A stretch of DNA of 61,861 nucleotides, counting the filler, from Sphacelaria rigidula (taxonomy: Eukaryota), in NCBI GenBank assembly GCA_964200075.2. It is 8 parts of 8 records of this genome, joined end to end, with 100 filler letters (N's around TTAATTAATTAA, not from the genome) between each part and the next. Parts side by side here need not be neighbours in the genome. Positions count along the whole stretch, not along the records: positions 46,474 to 54,117 come from CAXNAA020013957.1; positions 54,218 to 61,861 come from CAXNAA020013958.1; 6 more parts are not named here. One strand, 5' to 3'. Every line of letters starts with the position of its first letter. The first letter of the stretch is position 1. The position numbers and the translations under genes are program-made. Below, one piece after another: positions 51,857 through 61,861 of this stretch. The notes under the pieces are model-generated. The model was given only the letters and a program-made list of their open reading frames with translations, did not search any database and was not told the origin of the DNA.

Positions 51857-52477
51857 TTGGGGGTTAGCGTCGGTTGGCAACGACACTGTACAACACGCCA
51901 CTCCCTGCGTAAGATAGATCACCAGCTTACCGAGGTTTTTCGCTTGCGTTTCGTATGCGGTAACCATGGTGGTGGTCGAGCTAGGTCATGTTGTACAGAG
52001 TGGAGAACCCCAACTCCGCGTAAAAGGGATGATCGTACTACCGAGTGTTCATATGGTGCGATACCCATGAGGCAGTGTGGAACCCGTGGCTGCCTCTTGA
52101 AGTGGCGATCCCAGAAAATTAAGCAACTCATCATAGGCTGTCATCCATATGCAAGACAATCAGTAGGTTCCGGGCCGAACAATCTCAGCAGGATGCAGCT
52201 CACCCGTTATGCGACTCGCCGAACACATCACGGCCTTTCACGCTTGATGACTGCGAGCCTGGTCCAGCGAAGGCCCGGCGTGCTACTTCCCGGCTTTGTG
52301 GGGATGCGAGTCGCTTATGACAATTCGCTGCATTTTTTGCGTACAAAATGTCACTAAAGGGAGGAAAGAAAGGATGCACTTCCACCACTTGTTGGCGGTC
52401 ACACCAGAGGCTTAAGAGCTCGCGCGCCCCCATCCCTCTTTGCCGTAGCTTGTTGGCTTGAGAAAAGTTCGTTTTGG

Positions 52478-52755
52478 TGTATGCATGTTTATCATTTATG
52501 TTATGTAATGTATGTAATGTATGGAATGTATGTAATATATGTGCTGTATGTGCTGTATGTAGTGTATGTAATGTATGTACGTACGTATGTATGTACGTAC
52601 GTATGTATGTATGTTATGTATGTATGTATGCATGTATGCATGCATGCATGCATGTATATATGTTATGTATATTATGTATATTATGTATATTATGTATGTA
52701 TGTATGTATGTATGTATGTATGTATGTATGTATGTATGCATGGACGGATAGATAG
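52478..52755. repeat. (TATG)n-type compound microsatellite
   Basis: Long TATG/TATGTAATG/CATG runs. Confidence 0.95.
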
Positions 52756-55525
52756 ATGGGTGCCTACTCACGTTCACAGGCAGAAGCTGATGGTCGCAAA
52801 ATGTTCTACCGAATGGCTCTTGCAAGTGTATTACGATATAGGGATGAGTAAGCAAGGCACCTGAAATCCATGTATTGGGACCATACACGAACAAAAAACA
52901 ACCAATCGAAGTGCTTCGTCAGTCGTAGTTCGCGCATGCATATGCCGACACCAGGCAGAGACAGTGCTCGACAAGAAATCAACAGTTTTTTTCCCATTTA
53001 CGACAGTTTTTTCTTGGAATCTGCATATTTGGCGTTCTACGTAGTCGCCCGGTGCCTGTGTACGTCGCTCCTACTTCTCACACGAGAGACGGCGCCTTCT
53101 TTGGCCATAATCATCGCCGTATCCTCCACTTTCCTCTCGCTTGCCGTGCGTCGCATTTGCAGGTTCATCTCCTGTCTCAGCTTTGTTATTGAAGCGTCGG
53201 CCTGCCGAATCGCCTCATCCTTGTGAGACTGTCGACCGCCTGCGCGCGCGCGCGTGTGTGTGTTCCGTTTCGTTTCGTTCCGTGTTGTTTAGTTCAGCTC
53301 TGTTTGTATGTTGTTGTCATCGACAAAAGAGTGAAGGGAAAAAAAAAAAGGTTGCAATATCCAGCATGGAGAAAATCGGGAAAACTCGGAACAGTACGCA
53401 CGAAAAACGAGAAAAAAAAACGTACAAAGTACGTAAAAAATGTGCTACACCCACGTTTAGTTTTCAGGTCTCCGGGGTCCAGAATGGATCCGCCTATGGT
53501 CGTGTGGGGTTTTTCATTTTCGTCACCCGGTTCAAATACGACGAGGTATATTTTTTTGGTAGGTGTTGGTAATCACGTGTATTCCCATGCGGGCCTGGGT
53601 GGAATCTGCCGAACCGGGTTGCCATACCAAGCATGTTGCAGGCGCGGTACAACGCATGACGTTTCTGGACAAAAGTCCCCATTGGGGGAGAAACATGGTG
53701 GTGAACGGGTTCAACGATATTGTGTCACACGCTCGTGTTTCCATACTACGGTCCGGGAAATAGTGTTTTGGTTGAGGAAAATTCTGTGGTAGAGTCGGGA
53801 CATTCCGCACATGTCCAGTAGTGTACATGTAACCCGGCGGGATTAATTACATTACGCGTGTCTCTTCCCGGCTGAAATATAGTCCTGTGGGAGTATATCT
53901 TGAGACGATGATCGAAAAAGCGGTGAAGCAGCGAACTGGACGTCGTCCCCGAAGCCCTACCTCGAACTCGCTCTGAACGGTAGCGTTTGTCTTACTCTCG
54001 ATGTTCTCTCAAGTTTTCTTGTTTTTTCTTCCAATTCTTCGAATTTTGTTCTTGAAACAGCCAATCATCTATGTTGAGGATGGTGCTTTTGATTGAGGAT
54101 GAGAACCCGGAGGATTANNNNNNNNNNNNNNNNNNNNNNNNNNNNNNNNNNNNNNNNNNNNTTAATTAATTAANNNNNNNNNNNNNNNNNNNNNNNNNNN
54201 NNNNNNNNNNNNNNNNNGGGGGGGAAGAGAACGATGTGTTGGGTTCATAATGGTGAACAGAGACTGCAATTTTTGAAAACCATAACATGCTCCCCTTTCG
54301 TCAGTTACTCAGTGTCATTATACCGGGGTTTGGAACAGGGCGAAGGGCTATGTTTAGAGCAGTGTAGGAGGAGTGCAGGTTTTACAAATATATCTCCCGG
54401 TGTTTTTCGTACACCGTTTTATGATGCCATTATGCTTTTTGTAATGATGATTTTCTTCATTCGCTGGTTATAATATTACATATCATTCATCAACGATGTA
54501 ACTTGTTTTCCTTTATTAAAGGTAAATTTCAAGATAAGACGATCTAATTGGGATGGAACTGGGAACGAGAAGGACGAGGACGAGGAGAAGGACGAAGGCG
54601 AGGTGAGCGGACCGTTACTGCAGTAGTCCATGGTTGAACATGGTATCGCCCCCCGTGGGGATTTTGTCGCGGACGATTTATCACGTCACTCAAAAGTTTG
54701 AGAGTCGGTAGGCATTGAAACAAGGAGCAGGTCGATTTCCCAATTTTGTCTTGTCGGAACGATACGGCGGAAAACCCTGTTTATCGAGCGGAATGTTGTT
54801 GACCCCGATTATATCCGAAACTACGATTTTTCGGCTGTTGCGCAATGAATATACTGAGACAGTAGAATAACTGAGGCCGATAAATGGTACATTGTAACCG
54901 TCCGGATCGGTCCGGTCGAGCGAAGAGATCAATTAGCGAAAACCGGAGGCTGTACACTCGTGGGGCCCCCTTCGACCGGTGAGCCCGTAATTCGTGCAAA
55001 ATTGGTCGTGGAAAATACAACATGTACATGCTATCCAAATTTGTGTGGGGTACTTGCGGTCTCTCGATTCCCATACTTTTGCATCAAACAGAAACGGTTT
55101 TGAGTCGTGGCAACCGAAAAAGTGAAGAAGAAAAACCGCCTTCAGTCGATTTGTTTAGTGAAATGTTGAGTACTGAAGGACATCAAAACCTCTCACGTTT
55201 CTATCATCCCTTGCAACTACGGGCCCAGCCACATATACACAGTACAAATACACAAGACGCATGCAGCAGGTTTCCGAAGAAAGCACGATGGGTGGATACA
55301 GAACGACTTTTCGACCCCACTATATCAGGACCCCTGTCTGGTACATCAACAAGTAATTTTGACCGTACTGCACTGGGGTGGGCGGGGTACAGTCTGGGGT
55401 TGTTTTCGAACGTGCCACCTGTATCGAGGCCCGGACCGTACTGAATACTAGAAGCATACACTAAGCACAAAAACGCGGACACGCATACACACACATACAC
55501 ACACGCGCGCGCATGTAATGTACAG

Positions 55526-58090
55526 GTTCACGAGTGGACGTACGAAGGCGAAATAGGAGAACAAACGGAAGCCCCCGAGGTCCTCGCCGCAAGGCGAGAA
55601 GCAGTGCGTGAAGCTGCGCGCGCTGCGGGTATGCGCGGGCTACCCCCACCCCCGCCACAGCCCTCGGCAGAAGAGGCGTTCCCATCCCTGAGACCAGACC
55701 GCCCGGCACAGCAAATAAGTGGCTGGGCCAGCCTCGCGGCCTCGGGCAACCGTCCGCGGGCGGAAGATTTCCCGGTCCTACACGCGCCGGCGGCCGCCCC
55801 GAAAAGCAACACGAGGGGTAGGGGCGGTGGTGGGGGATCGAATTTCAGGGCGGCCGTACAGGCGTACCCAACCCGAGCGCAGGAGTTGGCCATGTCCGGA
55901 CCCGGGGAAGGGGGGTGCTGCTTCGAGGTGCCCATGCCACCGTCGCCTGAACGACCGAACAAGAAAGGCGGCGGAAAGGGCGGAGGAGGTGGGGGGGGGG
56001 GGGGGGGACCCCGCCGTGTCGCGGGGATCGGGAATATGAAGCTTAAGGTAGATAAGAAAGCCGGCAAGAGAAAACAGAAGGGTGGCGGGGGTGGCGGTGG
56101 GGGTGCTTCGGGCCATCAGCCCCCTGCGAGCCCTGCGAGGCAAGCCCAAGCGGGGGCAGGCGTACAAGCTGTTCCCACGGTGGCATCCCCTGCGAACGAG
56201 TTTCCACTTGCTCCTGGAATGAAGCCGCCGGATCTTTCGGCCGGTAACCAGACAGGGTCGGCGAGCGCGGTTGCTGCGTCGTCAGGCCCGACATTAGCGC
56301 AGACTATCAGTGCACAGCAGCGCCCTGTGGTTGCGGCAGCGGGGGATGGGAACGGTTCTCTGTCGGTGGTAGAGCAGCTGAAGGAGTTGCTCGGGGATGA
56401 GGCGTTTTCGGAGGTAAAGGAGCTGTCGGCTAATTACAGGTCGGGATGGATGCTGCCGGGCGAATACTTCAAGGCTATGCAGGAGCGGCTGCCGAAGGAC
56501 AGGTTTGGGTGAGTTTTTTCATCCGGCGTGTGTTGTTTTGGTGAGATGAAGGAGAGAAGGAGGAGGAGGCGAGGGAAAAAATACACAATGCATGGCTGTG
56601 AGCGAGTTTGTGGCTTGGCCTGACGAGTAGAGCATGGCTGCTGTGTGTGAGATACACAAATCTTGAAGGTGTGTTGCTACTGTATAGTATCCTATTTGAC
56701 CGTTCACTCGCAACTCTTCGTGTTTTTTTCACCTTTTCCGGTGCGTGTGAATAATTCCTCGCACTGATCGCGTGGTCCTTAGTTGACGTACCCGGGGATG
56801 GGGGCCTTCTGCACCAATCGGTAGGGTTGTCCATTTCATGTTTTGTCCTGGCTTTGGTTGCGCACTACTGACTCCTCATGCGGTTACGGGCCCGCCGTCT
56901 GCTTTTTCGTTCTTGTTTTTTACAACAGAGAGCTCTTCGAAGGACTGGTCGACATCCTTCCCGACGCGGACAAGAAGCGAGAGATGCTCGTGCTGCTGTC
57001 CGCTAGCCGGGCGGTGCAGGCCAAAAAAGAGCTAACCGCGGCGGCGAAGAAGGACAAAAAAGACGCAGTCAACAAGAACAAGAAGGGTCCACCACCTTCC
57101 ACCACTTCATCTATCTCGGACAAGCGCGCCAAAGACGACACTGCAGCAGTACCTGATGCGCTTCCCAGCGACGCAAATGTTTCCACTGTCAACGGCACCG
57201 CCACTGACCCCTCTCGATCTCCATCTCATGCCAATTGGCCCGGACTCGGAGGGAGTCCGTCGCCTTCCGGAGAAGAGCAAAACGGAACGGCGAATGTAAG
57301 CCGAAAAACGAAGGCAAACAGCAGCACCGCAGGAGGCGGGGCGCGGGGAGCCAAGAAGAACACCCAGGTCGCCGCGACGCCAGCGCCAGGTAGTGCGGCA
57401 ACCTGGCTCAAGGCAATGAACAAGACGGGTGGGGGCGGCGGGGGTAAAACCGGAATTTCAGTGGTACGTACGTCAAGGGGTACAGGTGGCGGTGGCGGCG
57501 GCGGGGGTGCTTCGAAATCTTCTAACTCCCTGTCTTCGCTAGCGGATACCGGTGGAAGCGGTAGGGCAAGGTCGGAGTCTCCCCCCCCAGGTGTTCCCAT
57601 GCGTCGGAGGGCCGATGATGATGACGCATATACCGGGGGAAGGATACAGGATGCCGGAGCGTCATGGGCAAACCTTGGAGGCTCGGGCTTCCGCGGCGGC
57701 GGTAGCGCCAACGGCAAGAAGAAAGGGCATACGACTGCTGGTAGGGATGATTTTCCAGGACTACCTGGAGGGCGGGCGGTGACCCGCACTGCGGTATCTC
57801 CGCCACCGGTGGTGGACCCTGCCGGAAGGCGAGTCGAAGGTCGGCCTATGAATATGTTTGCGCCGAAAGTAGATGCCGCCCCGCCGCCGGCGCACCCCCC
57901 CGCGTCGTCCAGTCGAGATGATTTCCCAGGATTACCGACGCCTGCGCAAGCGCCGCCTGGGTTGGAGCGGGTAGATTGGGGCACGGTGGTGGAGTCCGCG
58001 ACTGGCGGAGCGGGGAAAGGTGCGAAAAAGAGGAACAAGCAGAAAGCTGAGAAGGACACCTTGAAAGGGATGGCTTTTGGTTTCAGGTAG
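55526..58090 (+). CDS. ZNF598: 3' exons (55526-56508, 56929-58090) of a ZNF598/Hel2-like ribosome quality control E3 ligase
   Basis: The phase-2 splice GG|gtgag..caacag|A reconstitutes VEQLKELLGDEAFSEVKELSANYRSG..EYFKAM..FGELFEGLVDILPDADKKREML, which matches the ZNF598/Hel2 C-terminal helical domain. Repeated (E/D)(D/A/E)FPxL motifs; C-terminus KKRNKQK..L..AFGFR*. The RING and zinc fingers are not in the contig. Confidence 0.8.
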
Positions 58091-59071
58091 TGCTGTTTTT
58101 TCCAGCGAATAGTGGTGTTGCTTGCGGACGTGGTACGGGGGAGGTTTGTCGGCGTCCTGCCCTTGTCAGTGGTATCAGCTTGGTCATCGAGAGATCGTGT
58201 GTGGGATTTTTCGGCCTTGGAATATTGCGTTACGGGTGGTTCTGAGTACGCTTGGATGATATTCAAGACGTTGTTCGTTGCGCAAAATAGTCCTTGCCCG
58301 AGGGGATGTTATTCTGTGGAAATGTGGTGTATGGCTTCACTCCGATACTTTGGTGTGTCGTTGTAGATCATACAACTGTGCAACGTGCTGCACCGATGAG
58401 CTGTACGTAGTGCCCTACGGTGCAGCATAGACTAGTTAGGTAAGTGCCCTTTTATCGCCTCATGTACAGGAGAGGGCTGCTACGAAGGAATAGCTAGTTG
58501 TGAGACAGGGGTTACGATTGATCCCCCTACACGGGGTCGGGGGCGGTGATTGCACAAAGCAAAGGGGTTCAGAGGTGTGTTTCACCATCCCACACACTCG
58601 CTGTGCACTTGTACTGCATGTGGTCGGAAACGCTGTTCGGCGGTGTGGATGCATTTGTTGTGTTGATGAGCACAGAGAGCACCCGAATGAAATTTGATGA
58701 TTGCAGCGACACTTCGAAGTGACCCCTTTGCACAAGAAACCCCACCCACCCCCTAAAATCATGGGATCACTCTCACTGTCCTTATAATGAAGGGAAATGC
58801 TGCACTGCAATGTTCCCTAATACGTTGCAGGGGGGATGGCGTGCGGCTGTGCTCACTTGAGCCCTCAACGGTGCAGCTCGAGTGGATTGATTCACTTGAT
58901 TTCTTGTCGCACATTAGATGATCGCCGAGGTACCCTGTTGATACTCAGCCGTGGTCATCATCTACAATATAGACGTACCCAAGGTGAACCGAACGGAAAC
59001 GCTCGCCTAGAAGAAAAGTGACGGGAAGGAATGTTTGAAGCAACCTAGTAAAACTAAAGAACAAACACAAA

Positions 59072-59330
59072 GACTGATGCTGCGATAGGGTCAGCACTTT
59101 TACGGCCTGAGAGTAGAATTGTTGGGAACCCTTTATCTCATCCAAAACACGACTTTCAAAATAGGTAAGAGTACGCCAGGGTTTTTCTTCCAATTTGGTA
59201 GGGATTTCTCGAATGAATTTGCAAACGGGGATATCCCGACCCATATTCTTGTGTAGTTCCTAATTTTTAGGAACCCCTGAATCAGGCCGGTTTTGGCCCC
59301 AAAAGTGCAGACCCTATCGCAGCATCACTC
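59072..59330. mobile_element. MITE with 30-bp TIRs
   Basis: GACTGATGCTGCGATAGGGTCAGCACTTTT ... AAAAGTGCAGACCCTATCGCAGCATCACTC (2 mismatches). Confidence 0.8.
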
Positions 59331-61806
59331 CAAACGAAACAAAACAAAACAAACCCGAAACCAACCAGAAGAAAGAAGGAGAGACACGGACGGCCAGGGA
59401 TGAATGTTGGCGGACATTATGCTGGAGGCGAACACGAAGCCGTGCGCCGAAGATAAGGCTTTGAGCGGTGTCCGGCACTCTGCCCTCCTGGTACCACCCA
59501 CCCAGGGTGTGTCTGGATCGAAAAGCACAGTACGACGGGCTGGGTGCAGCCTCTGAGCGTCAAGTAGATGTCTATCCTTTTTGAGGTGAAAAAGTGATGG
59601 ATTCAGTTTACCTTGCTCCAAGTCACTCCCATACGCCCCGGTGAAGTTACATGCATTGCTGCGCCCTCGCAGAGACTGAGCTAAGTGGGCGCAAGTTTCT
59701 CGTACTGATCGTCAGTCAATAACCCATCTGCTTTAGTTCTGTTTGACCTTTTCGTAAAATTTTGCGTAAAATAATAGTGATTTACCGCCGCGCCCTGGTG
59801 ATCTATCGGTACAAGTGGCACCATTATTGGGCAGGGGAAAGGGCGGCTTCGCTTCCCGCCGGGTGCGTCTAGTTCGGCTTTTTTCCAACTAGTTTCATAG
59901 TGCTACATTAGTATCTGATCCCCGTGGTTCAAAACGTGATGATGTGAGTAGCACAAAAACGAATAACATGTACGTTGGACGACAGTCGACGCCGTGCGGG
60001 ATTGCTGATGGTCGTGATCCAGTCGGCGATACCAAAATGAAAGGCGTTTACAGGGGGAGAGAGCTAGATGGGTGGATCCCTTGTGAACACGGACTCGTCC
60101 CGAGGAAGGGCAGGGATATTATGTGAGTGAGACCAAAAGTGATTCCCGCCGAGCCCCGGTTGCCTAGCTGATACTTCAATAATAATAGCCAGTTGGGGCG
60201 TGGGATTTCGGGTCATCTGGACAAATTTACTTGTTTTTTAGCAGAGCCTGGGTTCCGTCGTTGAAAGCGTGAGAACGTGGGTAACAAAGGAAAAATCCGA
60301 AAGCGCTGACGGGGTGCGAGAAGCTGTGTCATCCTCCACATCAAAACATCAGGTAGGCATCAGGCGGGAGTTGGGTGATCCCCAGACATCACGTTACGGA
60401 CTCGTCGCGAGGAAGGAGAGGGGTTAGAGTGGTGACAAGAGAATGACAGTAAAGCGGGGAGCGGAGGGAAAATTGGCAAGTCCGCCTCCCCCGCAGATGA
60501 AATGAAATAAACAGCAGAGTCTTGTAGGCACTTGCTGGGAGAAGTTAAAGCTTGTAATGTTTGGCCACGCCGAGGTGCCGCGGTGAGCGAGGGTACACAC
60601 GTGCAAGTATAGTCATGGGTTACCTCTTCTGCCCATCCATACTGGAGGTGCACAAGTGATCGAAACGGGTACAATATTGACCAATAAAAGCTGACACCGA
60701 AGGAATGTACACGCTGGTCCCACTATTTCACCCCAAAAAAGTGTCTCTGGGACAAGCAGCTTGAACAACAAAGGTACGCTCTGTGCTACAGTACCGTACA
60801 ACCGCCCTCGAGTGCGCCGCGATATCTTATTAGTCATTTGAGAACGTTCATTATTTCGATACTGTTATTATCCAACATATCTTTATACATTTTGCCGTTT
60901 GACAGGTATTCGGGCGGTAGTGCTACAACGTTGAAAAAATGGTGGCTCTCCTTTGCTGCCTAATCTTGTGCATACTACCTACTACTCTCGTTACCAACTC
61001 AAAACTAAGGGCAAGTGATCCACCTCATGCTGAGAGCATGCGGATGTTTGTCTAACCAAGCAAACCTGTGGTATGAGTCGCCTCTTCCTGTTGTCTGAAG
61101 AACTTTGGGAGGACAAACAAACGTGGGCGGAGATACTGATAGGCGTCGGAAAACATTCCCCTTCCTGCGCGTTCATACTTGTTGGTTCGATCACTTGGGT
61201 CACCTGTAACACAGCACAAAAATATCCCTCTTCTTCACTGAAATGTTCCATAAGGAGAAACGCAAAATTCAACGCCCGAATCGGTCAGTAGCATTATTTT
61301 TCAAGAATGTTGAGGCCTGGGTCTAGCACGCAGAACACTATTCTTCATGTACTATATACAAGCTACTCGGATGATACATTATCCAGGAATAAATCGCAGA
61401 ACGTGGGTGCACGGACGATAAAACAATTGTAGGAGGTTGACTTGCAGTGCTGTACTGCACAACAAGCCAGCCCATATAGTATGTTTTTTCATTATAACGA
61501 GCTGGGCCAGCCTAAAAACGGATTTAAGCTCTCACAGCCACACATTTTATTGACACAGACGGGTTGGGCCATGATCCGCATATCGTATTAATCGTCTCAT
61601 CAATGGGAAGGTGCCCATTTACTCAAAAGCCTGGACCAACATCTTCTCACCGTTAAACTCCATATTTTCTCGATCCATCGCTCTTGTTCGCACTATGCAA
61701 GGCACCAACACCCGTCGGACTGGACAAGGTATTCCGGGAAACTCTCGAGACCAATCCAAAAAATAGCAAGGATTACAAAAATGATGAAGAATATATCATG
61801 CAGTGT

Positions 61807-61861
61807 GCCGGTCGCCCCGGTGGCTCAGTTGGTAACCTCGTAACCTTCTGATGGTTGAGTT
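61807..61861 (+). mobile_element. 5' end of a tRNA-derived SINE (same family as 4821-5165), cut by the window end
   Basis: GCCGGTCGCCCCGGTGGCTCAGTTGGTAACCTCG.AACCTTCTG. Confidence 0.8.

Larger units (their letters stand above)
47242..53239 (-). pseudogene. Multi-exon coiled-coil-rich gene, probably pseudogenised (exons ~53002-53239, 51011-51159, 50125-50308, 47242-47462)
   Basis: Canonical AG/GT-bounded segments encoding charged helical text: KDEAIRQADASITKLRQEMN, AESQLLAVRDKEVKAEIA, SRRKWVDDQGAEAAAR, DEDLSKLKRLADLERQRLIAEE. In-frame TAG at 53037-53039 and TAA at 50134-50136. The 51011/50308 junction is phase-compatible. Confidence 0.55.

Noticed and set aside
52474-52894. Cys/Tyr/Met-rich ORFs
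   Set aside because: Translations of a TATG microsatellite; the same applies to the poly-L/V/S/T ORFs at 3835 and 25700.
57226-58266. 346-aa minus-strand ORF (also 17005-17898 + and 33062-33778 -)
   Set aside because: Antisense shadows of real coding or TE sequence on the other strand.

Overview
Repeat-rich eukaryotic DNA, most likely from a brown alga (Phaeophyceae; inferred from TTAGGG repeats, isolated exons in long TE-filled introns and the TE families). The window is not one locus. It is eight unrelated ~7.64 kb contigs in descending size order (7647, 7646, 7646, 7645, 7645, 7644, 7644, 7644 bp), joined by 100-bp N/TTAATTAATTAA/N linkers, so proximity across linkers means nothing. Mobile elements: two long decayed APE-RT LINE copies plus several 3' fragments of the same family ending in C-rich tails, tRNA-derived SINEs, several MITEs, a Ty3/Gypsy pol remnant, a putative LTR+gag element, and a tyrosine-recombinase retrotransposon (RT, RNase H, adenine-MTase-like domain, recombinase fused to an ALOG domain). 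Host gene pieces: a tyrosinase-like exon, an NAD kinase exon, the last two exons of a ZNF598/Hel2-like gene and a coiled-coil probable pseudogene. The strongest leads are an ORF of about 12 tandem 26-aa units with a conserved YSMSYSFD core, resembling a multi-core peptide precursor, and the ALOG-YR retroposon.
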